Virus record (IMG/VR): IMGVR_UViG_3300038856_000064
Coordinates: 111,149-175,148 of that record
DNA from: a virus
Reading direction: 5' to 3' (one strand)
DNA: 64,000 nt
Shown: positions 10,965-20,612 of the stretch, in pieces
How positions within the stretch are numbered: position 1 is the stretch's first letter
How the letters are laid out: every line of letters begins with the position of its first letter
Notes under the pieces: model-generated
The model's database searches: none
What the model saw: the letters and a program-made list of their open reading frames with translations, nothing else
What the model was told of the DNA's origin: nothing
Program-made: the position numbers and the translations under genes

Positions 10965-11297
10965 CTAACAGTTGTACTTAATAAACTTGCGTAACTTTCT
11001 ACGACGTGACTCATTTGATCTTCTAGATGTAAAACCGAATGCCTTACATAAGTCACACATTTGATCCCAGGATAGCGAACGAATCTGGGAAAACGTAAAA
11101 GTGATATTTGGAAACTCGCGTCCAGGAAACATCTTCTCTAGCGTGCGCTTAGAATATGGAACCTGAATTAATGTGCCTCTATAAGCCTTATATGTCTCCC
11201 AAGGAACCTTAACTGGATCATAACGCTCAAGATAGCCATAGATCCTTTTCCCATCAATAATCGTTGAGCCATATGGATATGAAAAATGTACGAGCAT
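10965..11297 (-). CDS. Hypothetical basic protein (possible SAP/LEM-like C-terminus)
   Basis: 110-aa ORF coupled to flanking genes. Confidence 0.5.
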   Translation of the reverse strand: MLVHFSYPYGSTIIDGKRIYGYLERYDPVKVPWETYKAYRGTLIQVPYSKRTLEKMFPGREFPNITFTFSQIRSLSWDQMCDLCKAFGFTSRRSNESRRRKLRKFIKYNC

Positions 11298-12236
11298 CTA
11301 GCAAATTCCGTAGCCACCTGTGTTATTGCCATAGCCGCCATAACGAGGTATAGTAACATCGCGTCCGGATGCCCCGGCAAGCCTCCAGCGAAGATCGGAG
11401 ATTGCTTTACTCAATTCCTCACGGATAGCCGTAAGATTGAATTTGGTCATATCTGCACGATGACTAAGGCGACCAACAGCCTTAGAGATGCTAACACCAT
11501 CTGCGTTGGTTGAAGACACTCCGTCGCTAGCAATGCCAACAAGCCCGCTACCAAACGAACCGGCGGTAACTTGATTTAATCTAGCGAGAGCAGTTGACTC
11601 TCCGGTTAATAGAATCTCTTCCATTTGTAGCACTAATATATCTGCATATGGATCAGTGCTTGGGTCGATAGTTCCATTTTCTAAATTAAGAGTTAAAACG
11701 GGGGTAGAGGCTCTTGAGTTAAATGCGATAAGCCAAATATAATAGCTTTGTTCAGATAGTCTCACTAATGCTAGACGACGATTTACTCGACTGATAGCTT
11801 TTTTGAGTGTACGGCGCATAAGACCATCTACAAAAATAAGACCATCGGGATCCCCAACATCGATGCGAACCCTGTCAAATAAACTCTCAACATTATTGTC
11901 TGCTGGACTCTGAAATGATGTGGCTAATGTTGCGTCAGCTACACAGAATAATTCGGTCGACTGCCCACTCGTTGACGTGGTGGTTATATCCCAAACGATA
12001 CTCCAATTCTCGCCTAGTTGATATCCAGCGGGGATGATCGCTCCAGATGCAGTATATACACCAACATCAATCTTGGTCCCAACAGTTTCTGTTACTGCCT
12101 CTATTCCGGCGGGATCAAAAATCCTAAATCTAATATCAGTCGGATCTAATGATGCGCCATTTTGGCCAGCCGTTACATAGATATCTAGCTCTGTCGCGGC
12201 GGTACCAACTGTTAGAATTTTTCCGTCTTGTGACAT
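11298..12236 (-). CDS. Putative head-tail adaptor with N-terminal Ig-like domain
   Basis: FDRVRIDVGD..GLIFVD motif typical of adaptors; GGAGG RBS; late promoter upstream. Confidence 0.55.
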   Translation of the reverse strand: MSQDGKILTVGTAATELDIYVTAGQNGASLDPTDIRFRIFDPAGIEAVTETVGTKIDVGVYTASGAIIPAGYQLGENWSIVWDITTTSTSGQSTELFCVADATLATSFQSPADNNVESLFDRVRIDVGDPDGLIFVDGLMRRTLKKAISRVNRRLALVRLSEQSYYIWLIAFNSRASTPVLTLNLENGTIDPSTDPYADILVLQMEEILLTGESTALARLNQVTAGSFGSGLVGIASDGVSSTNADGVSISKAVGRLSHRADMTKFNLTAIREELSKAISDLRWRLAGASGRDVTIPRYGGYGNNTGGYGIC

Positions 12237-12266
12237 CGAGCCTCCTTGATAAACTGGTTACTAAAT

Positions 12267-12276
12267 AATACACTAA
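12267..12276 (-). promoter_or_regulatory. Putative late promoter TTAGTGTATT
   Basis: Repeated motif ~30 nt upstream of 12236. Confidence 0.6.
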
Positions 12277-13806
12277 TTATCGAATAATAAATTCCCACCT
12301 CTGCTTTGGTGGAACTATAACCTTAATAAGACCCAGAGAATTCGCATAATTTGACTCAGACTGGCCAGCAGGAACTCTACACTTACTTTTGTGATATTCG
12401 TTACCCTCTTGATCGATATAGATATAATCGGACCTCATTTTATTATCAACTAGAATAAAATTACAGGCTTTATAGAGGGTGCCGCCATGATGGCGAGGGT
12501 CGTGCCAACTTACTACCTTACCGCGATAACCTGTCTTCTTTAACCATCTTAAGGACCTGGCAACCATCCATGAGGTCGTATTATTGTATGGGTGCGGCAA
12601 TCTAACTCTGTCAAAAATAGCGCAACGATTGAGACAAACCGACTTTTCATGAGGATTGGCGACACCGCCAAATGTCACGACACCACAAAGTATATCGTTA
12701 TAGTAAAACCCAAGACGATGCTTGTCACGTCCAGACGCCGACTTGAGATAATGTACGCGACGCAGAAAATCGTCTGCTATAACCTTATTTATTTCCCTAA
12801 CCTCAAATCTATAGTTATGCTTTATTCGTAAGCAAAGCTTATCCAATACATCATCCTTGCTGGTCAATATTATGTAGTTGAATTGATTGTCTTTATAGTA
12901 TTGAATTTTCTCGGCAAACTTATCTGGCCGCTTGCGCGACTCACCAAGACCGTCATACTCGACCCATAGATCTTGATTTGGTAAGTAAAAGTCACAAGTC
13001 CATTTACGATCTTCACAAACCCTCTTATGCGGTTCGTAATCAATAAAATTCTGGTACAACAAATCAGCCAATCGCTTCTCTTCTATGGAGTCATAAAATG
13101 TATTATCATTACCTAGTTGCCTTTTATCGACATCGATATTAGCCAACTCAAGTATTTCCTTCCAGCTCTTGTTTGGGAAACGCTTATAATAACACGAATT
13201 ATTAATATTCTGATTAGAAGATAACTCCTCGTGTTTTAAACGACCTAGTAACTCATTGTCTGTTTTCTTAACGCCAGATCGTGATACCTCAAGCCCCGCC
13301 TCCCTCAATGCATTTGGCCAACTACCGAATTTTCTACGTATTGTTTCAGCACTATACAATGTATTCGCCTGTTTATATTTTTCAATAGTTAGTATTCCGT
13401 CACACTCCTTCGATGCACTTATTAGAGCTTCAACTAATTCCTTTTTTGTTGAGCCATATACCCTATTTGGCTTAATCCCAGCAATTTGAAGTCCCTTAAC
13501 CCAACTACCGAAATGCCTTTCTACTGCCGTAAGCTTTACCCCTCCCTCTACCCTAAATAAGTCTGAATTATTGCTACCAGTTTTATCATAGAAGTCTCTA
13601 ATGGCTTGTATTACCTCCTCATCTGTATAATTTTTTCTAGATGTAGGTAACCCTGCCTCTACCACAGCATTATTCCAACTACCAAACTCTTTATTCACTA
13701 TGAAGCGACTATATTTAGTATCAGCTTCATCATATAGCTTTCGAGTAATTTTACCATGCTGACTAAAAACACCTTTAATGTCCGATATTATTTCTTGTTT
13801 ACTCAT
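12277..13806 (-). CDS. Homing-endonuclease-like protein: HNH-associated repeats + PD-(D/E)XK nuclease + Mom-like GNAT domain
   Basis: Repeats ending FGSWxxA/GL..AG (x3, a fourth degenerate); YDSIEE...DFYLP...VEYDG nuclease; HYL...GVVTFG...LNR...SW.VARSL...VSWHDP..HGGTLYKACNF Mom-type motif; AT-rich; inserted after the capsid terminator. Confidence 0.7.
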   Translation of the reverse strand: MSKQEIISDIKGVFSQHGKITRKLYDEADTKYSRFIVNKEFGSWNNAVVEAGLPTSRKNYTDEEVIQAIRDFYDKTGSNNSDLFRVEGGVKLTAVERHFGSWVKGLQIAGIKPNRVYGSTKKELVEALISASKECDGILTIEKYKQANTLYSAETIRRKFGSWPNALREAGLEVSRSGVKKTDNELLGRLKHEELSSNQNINNSCYYKRFPNKSWKEILELANIDVDKRQLGNDNTFYDSIEEKRLADLLYQNFIDYEPHKRVCEDRKWTCDFYLPNQDLWVEYDGLGESRKRPDKFAEKIQYYKDNQFNYIILTSKDDVLDKLCLRIKHNYRFEVREINKVIADDFLRRVHYLKSASGRDKHRLGFYYNDILCGVVTFGGVANPHEKSVCLNRCAIFDRVRLPHPYNNTTSWMVARSLRWLKKTGYRGKVVSWHDPRHHGGTLYKACNFILVDNKMRSDYIYIDQEGNEYHKSKCRVPAGQSESNYANSLGLIKVIVPPKQRWEFIIR

Positions 13807-13811
13807 ACTAA

Positions 13812-13840
13812 TATTATGTGTCTAGAAGTAATAATCGTGC
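13812..13840 (-). promoter_or_regulatory. Promoter-like element GCACGA-N16-CATAAT, leaderless to 13806
   Basis: Near-identical element at 40165-40193 and a related one at 63587-63614. Confidence 0.5.
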
Positions 13841-13863
13841 TCTCTAATTGGCATAGACAGGCT

Positions 13864-13891
13864 AAAAGAAAAGGGCTGGCCTGGCCAGCCC
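13864..13891 (-). terminator. Intrinsic terminator after major capsid gene
   Basis: GGGCTGGC-loop-GCCAGCCC then TTTTCTTTT. Confidence 0.85.
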
Positions 13892-13928
13892 CTAACTTCA
13901 TATAAGCTACCGACTTAGGATATAAATC

Positions 13929-14960
13929 CTAGAAGGCCCCCAAGAGCACCCGGCGGTTGTCAAGACATGCGAAACCATGACGCATCCAGCCAAAGATACC
14001 CATGCGCTGGTATCTGGTGAGTGCATCGTCATCGTATACCTCAAGCTCTTCCTTGATTGGCATGACAAAGGAATCGTCTGCTTCACTAAGGTCAAGACCA
14101 ACACAGAACTGTTCGGTGTTGTTTGGCTTAGTTAGACTGAGAACAGTCTCTAGGAAGGCATCGTATTCTTGGTCCTGACCAAACTCGGTCATTGCGTGCA
14201 TGATGACACCGTAGATTTCTGCAAGACCCTTTTCAGAGCTTGTAAAGATCTCGCGACGAGTAAACTCATCGACACGGCTTGCGTCCCATGCTCGGACGTG
14301 CTCCATTGCTTCTAGAGAAACGTAGAGGTCGGTTAGACGCCCTGCGTTTCCGTTACCACCAGCACCACGAGTCATCGCTGTGTGCATACGGCTTACTAGT
14401 TCCTTGGTGAATTCACCAGGATTTGGCGACGTGGTTAGGGTATTGACAGATCCTGTAAATACCGCAGTGCCACTTGCTCCTACGACCAGACCACGGTCCG
14501 CTGCTGCGGCGAGGATAGTGCGCCAGCCATCAGAGTTGATCTTGCGAACAAAACCAGCCTCAAATACCTGTAGTGCGCGCTTGACTACGTCCCAACGTGC
14601 TTCCTTCATAAATTTGATATCCCAATCAATTGAGTTACCAATCTTGAAGGTAGGAACGTTGATCTCACTTGCTTCTACTCGACGTTCTGGCAGACGACCC
14701 TGCTCAGCTAGAGTATAAGCTGTGTAAGTGTCCTCATCACCCGGACGAACAAAGTCTAGCGGATAACTAGCCGTTGCTCCGTAAGGAATGACCTGTGGAG
14801 TATAGATATCACCCAAGTTGTCAGCATCAAAGATGCCTCGACGTAGGGGTGCAACTAATTCCTGTGCGAACGACTTTCGTGCAGCCTCTGACATGCCCTG
14901 ATCGCGGGAGGCCATCGCACGTAGAAGCGTTAGCATCTGCTCATCTTGCTTCTCATACAT
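13929..14960 (-). CDS. Major capsid protein (HK97 fold)
   Basis: 343 aa after protease/scaffold and decoration genes; E-loop-like AEQGRLPERRV and C-terminal GIFGWMRHGFACLDNRRV; GGAGG RBS; terminator follows. Confidence 0.85.
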   Translation of the reverse strand: MYEKQDEQMLTLLRAMASRDQGMSEAARKSFAQELVAPLRRGIFDADNLGDIYTPQVIPYGATASYPLDFVRPGDEDTYTAYTLAEQGRLPERRVEASEINVPTFKIGNSIDWDIKFMKEARWDVVKRALQVFEAGFVRKINSDGWRTILAAAADRGLVVGASGTAVFTGSVNTLTTSPNPGEFTKELVSRMHTAMTRGAGGNGNAGRLTDLYVSLEAMEHVRAWDASRVDEFTRREIFTSSEKGLAEIYGVIMHAMTEFGQDQEYDAFLETVLSLTKPNNTEQFCVGLDLSEADDSFVMPIKEELEVYDDDALTRYQRMGIFGWMRHGFACLDNRRVLLGAF

Positions 14961-14979
14961 AACTTTTTACCTCCGTTGA

Positions 14980-15462
14980 TTATTGTAGTTCGATTCGAAC
15001 TTTTGCGAAGCCATCGGAATCAACAGCGCTCATAAACTGACCAACACGAGTGTGATCACTTAGTGCTCCGGATGGCGTCAAGTTACCATTACCAATGTTT
15101 CCATTAGGTGCTAGGTAAGCTGGCTGACCCGCAGCAATCGCTACACCACCGTTCGCTACGACCAAATCTGTCTGTAGCTCACCACGGCGAAGTAACGTTA
15201 CAACAGTGCCAATGTCGGCAGTGTCGTACTGAGAACGCTCAAGTTCTTTAGCATAGTTGAACTCTTCACGAGTATTGAGTAGGACGCCCATCGGATAGAT
15301 ACCAGATCCATCACCAGCAGCAATCTGCACGGCTCCTACAACATCCACCTTACCAGCGACACCAGATGCTACAACTAGAGTGCCCGGCTCTGCCGCGCGA
15401 TCTAGGATAAACTGCATCGTGGTTTCGTGACGGTGGCTTAAGCCTCCACTTTTCAATGACAT
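14980..15462 (-). CDS. Capsid decoration/cement protein
   Basis: Small Gly/Ala-rich beta protein between scaffold and capsid genes. Confidence 0.65.
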   Translation of the reverse strand: MSLKSGGLSHRHETTMQFILDRAAEPGTLVVASGVAGKVDVVGAVQIAAGDGSGIYPMGVLLNTREEFNYAKELERSQYDTADIGTVVTLLRRGELQTDLVVANGGVAIAAGQPAYLAPNGNIGNGNLTPSGALSDHTRVGQFMSAVDSDGFAKVRIELQ

Positions 15463-15464
15463 AA

Positions 15465-17219
15465 TTAGTCCTCCTTGCCTTTCTTGTTGTCGAGAAGGCT
15501 GGCCACTAGCTGACCCATTGGCGACTCGCCATTACTTCCCTCGTCAGCGCTTGCGCCAGCAAGGTTCGGCTCATTGACCTCTTCGAACAATGCTTCGAGG
15601 TCCGCACTAGCCGCTAGGCGTGAGCGTGGAACGCGAGGCATGTCAGCGGGAGCGCGACCATTACGTGGGCGGAGAACCGCACCGCGATCATCGATCGAAG
15701 TCTCGCGATCAGAAGGCGAAAGTAGTCCAGCCTCAGCATCTTCTGCTGCCTTAGACTCTTCTTTCTTATCTTTGTCCTTCTTGTTCTTGAGTTCAAGCAT
15801 TTTCTTTGCAAAAAGCTTCTTCTCGTCTAGCCACTCATTATAAAGTTCGTCAGTGGCTTTGGCTAGGCCAGCCTTAACAAACTTGTCGACCTCGTCGTCT
15901 TCGAGACCGAGCAACTCAGCAAAGAGATACTCAATTTCGCGCGTGCGAAGATCCTGCTTAATTGAATTCAGCTCTGCTTTAAGGGCAGTGTTCTCTTCAA
16001 TCAAATTCGTGTCTGCCTCAACATCCTTGTTCTCGACAAGTGCATTGGCCACTGCCTTGCGACTATCCGCAATCCAAGCGATCTTAGCCGCCCAAACTGC
16101 ATCACCGGCACCATCCTTGACATCTAGAGCGCGATCGATACGTGCGATCTCTTCTGGGGTGTCTTGGGTTGCACCTGCATAGGCTGTGTCAACGGCTGCA
16201 CGAATCTGTTCTAGAGCACTCTTAGCTTCAGCAAGCTCATTCTCTAGGGCTACCTTACGGGCTTGTGCGGATTGTAGATCTGCCTCAGTGCGCTTTGCAG
16301 CTTCAGCGCGATCACGCGCCTCTAGTGCTTCAGCAACTCCCTGAGCGATATCATCCTTGCTCGCGGCAGCGCGGTTTAGATCGTTCATGTTAACCTCCGT
16401 GGTTGATTCATTACTAAACAACGTTGTTTGTGTAACGACTTGATCCTGACCCAAGCCATCACTTTTTGCTTCGACTAACTCCACTTCGGCAAGCGGGTCA
16501 AAAGCAAAATGATTGAGAATTAATGAGCGCTTATTTGCTGGACGATCAACAAAGGCTACACCGCCAAAGCTGACTCCAGATAGTGCTCTACCGATACGCA
16601 TACCGCTATATTTGCCAGTACCACCATTAGCTCTAAGGTGTCGCTCCAGGAAAGCGGTTTCTGGCTTGCGGGCAATGCGGTCAAACAACTCTCCAGATTG
16701 GGTGTAAAACCCATAATCGTAGTCGTCAAACCAACATTCCATTGATACGAAAAGATCGCCCTTCTCAATGCGAGAGACGATCTCTTCCGCTGTACTTTTA
16801 ATATGTGGTAGGTGATGCCAAACAACACCTTGAATAACTAATTCTATGGGCTGATCATTAATCTCGTCAGCAGTTAGGGCATTACCATCTAGATCACGAG
16901 CTTCCACGGCATACATAGCACCAAGGATTTTTTCGTCTCTATGCTGCCAATTAATTGGCTTCAAAATCGGAGTAGAAATAGCGCGTTTTAATTCGTCGCG
17001 CAGAAATCCATCGTCATTATCGTTAAGCCCTTCACTTACTAAGACCGCCTCAACGTGCAATAAATCAGCCTGACCTTGTAGCTCATCAACACTTGTCTCT
17101 AGTGTTCGCGAGAGCGTGGATAGTGCAGCGGACGCCTTCTTGTGATTAACTTTAGAAGGTCGTGCCAGCTTTACCTCTCGAAAAGCCAATGCTCGCAATT
17201 TTGGTGTCTTATTTCCCAT
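15465..17219 (-). CDS. Prohead protease fused to coiled-coil scaffold
   Basis: N-terminal NDNDDGF..KPINWQH..VSMEC..FGGVAFVDRPA protease-like motifs; acidic helical C-terminus. Confidence 0.75.
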   Translation of the reverse strand: MGNKTPKLRALAFREVKLARPSKVNHKKASAALSTLSRTLETSVDELQGQADLLHVEAVLVSEGLNDNDDGFLRDELKRAISTPILKPINWQHRDEKILGAMYAVEARDLDGNALTADEINDQPIELVIQGVVWHHLPHIKSTAEEIVSRIEKGDLFVSMECWFDDYDYGFYTQSGELFDRIARKPETAFLERHLRANGGTGKYSGMRIGRALSGVSFGGVAFVDRPANKRSLILNHFAFDPLAEVELVEAKSDGLGQDQVVTQTTLFSNESTTEVNMNDLNRAAASKDDIAQGVAEALEARDRAEAAKRTEADLQSAQARKVALENELAEAKSALEQIRAAVDTAYAGATQDTPEEIARIDRALDVKDGAGDAVWAAKIAWIADSRKAVANALVENKDVEADTNLIEENTALKAELNSIKQDLRTREIEYLFAELLGLEDDEVDKFVKAGLAKATDELYNEWLDEKKLFAKKMLELKNKKDKDKKEESKAAEDAEAGLLSPSDRETSIDDRGAVLRPRNGRAPADMPRVPRSRLAASADLEALFEEVNEPNLAGASADEGSNGESPMGQLVASLLDNKKGKED

Positions 17220-17228
17220 ACGTATGTT

Positions 17229-17238
17229 TATACACTAA
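17229..17238 (-). promoter_or_regulatory. Putative late promoter TTAGTGTATA
   Basis: Repeated motif 10 nt upstream of ATG 17219. Confidence 0.6.
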
Positions 17239-17281
17239 GAGTATAGACTTTATAAGTGAATTACCTTAATCCTCTAAAAAA

Positions 17282-17503
17282 TCACGACTCTTCAGTGATA
17301 TAAGTATTGCGTTCTGGAACACTTATGTTATTAGGATCGCTAGAATCATTGCGAACCTTATCATAACGCCCCTTCGAGCCAGTTGGAAGAACGACATGAG
17401 CAGCAGTCTTTACGCTACCAACACAAAACGTAATTCGGCGGATTCTATTTAGATCCGGATTCGTTTGACCATCAAATGGGCCTGGATTACTTGAAATTGC
17501 CAT
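17282..17503 (-). CDS. Hypothetical protein
   Basis: 73-aa ORF with RBS in the head module. Confidence 0.55.
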   Translation of the reverse strand: MAISSNPGPFDGQTNPDLNRIRRITFCVGSVKTAAHVVLPTGSKGRYDKVRNDSSDPNNISVPERNTYITEES

Positions 17504-17513
17504 CTTTTATCCC

Positions 17514-17831
17514 CTAGTATTTATCGACGTCCTTACGGAGACGCAAAGTTTTCTCGATCTCTATGCCGTCTGATCCAGCCTCTTTAATAGTTATACTGAT
17601 ATTACAGTGTGAATAATCTGGATCATTAGAACACCACATCTCAACACACTTAAAAGATACTGGTTGTCCGTGGACTAAAAGCATAGTTCCCTCTGGCGTA
17701 CCATCGCTCATTATCATGATCGGCGGTTGCTCTGTTTTGGATTGAGTTAATTCAGCACCTAGAATAGAAACTCTGTCTTGTGCCGCTAAGTCTATAGCCG
17801 ACCTTGACTTATTGATATCTATCGGCATCAC
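17514..17831 (-). CDS. Hypothetical protein
   Basis: 105-aa ORF in the head module. Confidence 0.55.
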   Translation of the reverse strand: MMPIDINKSRSAIDLAAQDRVSILGAELTQSKTEQPPIMIMSDGTPEGTMLLVHGQPVSFKCVEMWCSNDPDYSHCNISITIKEAGSDGIEIEKTLRLRKDVDKY

Positions 17832-17953
17832 TTATCCTCGTCTTTCTCAAGCGAGTCTTCTGCACCCTTTACAACACCCAGAAGCTTTCCAAGAAACTTA
17901 ATTGCGATACCAATATACTCTTTGGCTTTGCCCAAAATACTAGCTAGTTTCAT
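17828..17953 (-). CDS. 41-aa amphipathic peptide MKLASILGKAKEYIGIAIKFLGKLLGVVKGAEDSLEKDEDK
   Basis: Not in the track; GGAGG RBS; overlaps the portal stop and the next start. Confidence 0.55.
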   Translation of the reverse strand: MKLASILGKAKEYIGIAIKFLGKLLGVVKGAEDSLEKDEDK

Positions 17954-20369
17954 CACTATCCTCCAAAAGATCGGCATTGATCGCAGCAAATGAATTACAC
18001 ATTAAATCTAGGCGCTCCTCTTTGGTATTAGCCTCGGTCGCCTCAGCTCTATAAAGTGCGACAATCTTCTTGCACTTCTCAGTTGCGAAAACAGAATCAT
18101 CACCCCTCAGTAAATCATACACTAAATCTTCTGTTAATTCAATTGTGGGATCCAGAGCAGCTAGACCATAAATGATAACTTGGTCGAGTTCTTGTTTCTG
18201 TGCCTTGGTAAGTGATCGAGAGTCGCGGATCTCTTGAGCTTTTACAGCTAGAGAAGTAGCTATATCACTTACTGTTTTGGCTGCGTCTTCCGCAAATGCA
18301 CGATATTCCTGGAACTTTTTAATCGCGCCCATCCCTTTCGGCTTAGTATTACGCTTCTTGGTTTGAGGCTTGCCAGTTTTAGCCGGACGCCCCGCAACGC
18401 CAGCAGGCTTAGGTTTAGGTGGCTCAAGGATACCTCGCTTAAATGGTCCTTGTGATACCATAACAGGCGATCGGAACTTATCATCGTCCTTACGGATATC
18501 CTTATTATCTTCTTCCTTGATACCCTTCTCAAATCGCTGACGTTTAAGCTCAACAATAAAGTCAGCATCGAAACGTTCAAGTAGTGACTCGTCAGAGAGA
18601 ATGCCACGATCATATAAGTCCATCAAGAGTTTGCGCTCAGCATTCTCATCACGTAGGTTCATAAGTCCCCACTGGATTGATGGCAAACGCCTGAACTTCA
18701 TTGCATCGGAGATCTTCTTAATCTCAACTCGCAACCAGTCTTCAAGCTTGCAACGAATGGTCTCGAGTTTTTCAAGAAGAAGCTTGATAGACATGAACGA
18801 GTTAGCGTAGCTACCCTTACCATTCATAACCGTCTCAGATACACCTAGAGCAGAATAAATATCCTTGTCGACCTGCTCATACTTCTTGGGATCAAAGATG
18901 TTTCCTAGGTTGGGCTGTAGCATCTGACCTTCGATAAGGTCATCCCAAACAAGGTGGTGAGCCTGAGATCCGCCAGCCAAAGCTGCGGCAACACGCTCTA
19001 GTTGTTCTGGATCAGGAATAAATCCTTCCTTAACATCGCCTAGCTTAATTAAGGTGATGGCATGCTTCATTGTCTCAACGGCAGAAATCTCTGCTTGGCG
19101 CATCAAGCGCTTGAACATCACCTCTTTATTCGCAGGATAGATCTGTGGGGTTGCCCAATCTTCATAATCGGCTTTTGTGATATCCTGGATTACGGATAGT
19201 CGTGAGGGGTCTAATTTTAGCTCTGCTGCATACGGGGACCCTTGACGTGCAGGCTGTAAGTTACCCTTAAAAATCTCTGGAACATTAACCTTTGTAGTGC
19301 TGATGTCGCTGTAATAACGATAGGACATAAAGCGTGATAGTGGCTTCATATCGCGACCACTGAGCATCATTACCCAATAGTGTTCATTAGCAAAACGTGA
19401 TCCACGAGGCTCCATCTGAAGTGGGTTAAGGGAGGTGTATTCCCATGGAATAACCGTAGTATTACTGTTATCCTTTTGGCTATCATCTGGGTTGTTTCGT
19501 GTCCCAGCCTTACCAAGCATTACCTCGCTAACTTGACCTGCCGTTGCATTTTTACGACATGCCTGGCTCAACTCTTTGAACTTAGTAAATTGATCACCTA
19601 CTAGTTCAACAGATATTGTCTTGTCGCGAAGCTTTCTACCACCTTTATCTTCTAGTTGTAGGACAAGTTCGTTGCCAATAAGTTGCGATGCCTGACCACG
19701 CTTCATCGCGGTCTTTTCTGACTGCTTTAATTTAGCTTCCTTGGTCCAGATAAAAACATTTCCAGTATGAAGAAGATCTACCACAAAACGATGCAGGCGA
19801 TCCTTCAACTTAACCTTAGTCATCCAGGCTTGATAAAAATTATGAACGGTTTCATCTTCGTGGACGAGGTCAATACTCTCTACCGAAAAGTCAGCTAGTA
19901 AATGAACAATAGTCTGAACTATGCCCTCGGTCTTGTAAAGCAAGATACATTGAGCGATACGTTGGTGATCTATGTTGTTGCTTCCACCACGACCATAGGT
20001 CCACCCTTCTTTACCATGCCCTCCAAATCCCCCAAACGAACCATAACGGGCTGGATTACTATGTGGGTCCGATGGACTAAATAACCCCTGATTTCCACCT
20101 AGCCCACCAAATCCTCCGGCGAACTCAATCGGTGGAGCAAAAAGATCTCCGCCATACCCATCACCATAAAATCCAAAACCAGCCTTGGCTTGGTTAGATT
20201 GAGTCTGTGTTACCACAACCCTGCGATCAGTATCTGCATAGGCTTTACGATAGATATCCTTTTTATCTGTAAAATTAGCGAGAGGCTCTACGGCTGGAGG
20301 GCCATAAGCCTCAGCCGGATCCTGGCTCACCCCTTTTGATCTAACATCCCCTGGTTCGTGTTTTGGCAT
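17940..20369 (-). CDS. Portal protein
   Basis: 809 aa between terminase and protease; RFVVDLLHTGNVF and helical core; long flexible termini. Confidence 0.78.
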   Translation of the reverse strand: MPKHEPGDVRSKGVSQDPAEAYGPPAVEPLANFTDKKDIYRKAYADTDRRVVVTQTQSNQAKAGFGFYGDGYGGDLFAPPIEFAGGFGGLGGNQGLFSPSDPHSNPARYGSFGGFGGHGKEGWTYGRGGSNNIDHQRIAQCILLYKTEGIVQTIVHLLADFSVESIDLVHEDETVHNFYQAWMTKVKLKDRLHRFVVDLLHTGNVFIWTKEAKLKQSEKTAMKRGQASQLIGNELVLQLEDKGGRKLRDKTISVELVGDQFTKFKELSQACRKNATAGQVSEVMLGKAGTRNNPDDSQKDNSNTTVIPWEYTSLNPLQMEPRGSRFANEHYWVMMLSGRDMKPLSRFMSYRYYSDISTTKVNVPEIFKGNLQPARQGSPYAAELKLDPSRLSVIQDITKADYEDWATPQIYPANKEVMFKRLMRQAEISAVETMKHAITLIKLGDVKEGFIPDPEQLERVAAALAGGSQAHHLVWDDLIEGQMLQPNLGNIFDPKKYEQVDKDIYSALGVSETVMNGKGSYANSFMSIKLLLEKLETIRCKLEDWLRVEIKKISDAMKFRRLPSIQWGLMNLRDENAERKLLMDLYDRGILSDESLLERFDADFIVELKRQRFEKGIKEEDNKDIRKDDDKFRSPVMVSQGPFKRGILEPPKPKPAGVAGRPAKTGKPQTKKRNTKPKGMGAIKKFQEYRAFAEDAAKTVSDIATSLAVKAQEIRDSRSLTKAQKQELDQVIIYGLAALDPTIELTEDLVYDLLRGDDSVFATEKCKKIVALYRAEATEANTKEERLDLMCNSFAAINADLLEDSDETS

Positions 20370-20402
20370 ATCTAATCCTCAATTATATGTATCTCAACCT
20401 AT

Positions 20403-20412
20403 AATACACTAA
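20403..20412 (-). promoter_or_regulatory. Putative late promoter TTAGTGTATT
   Basis: Repeated motif upstream of the portal gene. Confidence 0.6.
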
Positions 20413-20612
20413 TTGATGGGACGTTCTACCTTCCATCCATCAGGATAACGCTCATCCCATTCTCTTTTTAGGCGATCTGATTGTTCTCTTGAGTAGATGA
20501 TGGCTCTTTTAACCGGCTCACTCTCCGGATGTGGCGGCAACTTATTTCTCGCGCACAACAAATAACACTCAAGAATGTATGGATAATTTGGCTCGCTGTC
20601 TGCATTCATCAA
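20409..20612 (-). CDS. Hypothetical protein
   Basis: 67-aa ORF overlapping the terminase stop. Confidence 0.45.
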   Translation of the reverse strand: MMNADSEPNYPYILECYLLCARNKLPPHPESEPVKRAIIYSREQSDRLKREWDERYPDGWKVERPIN

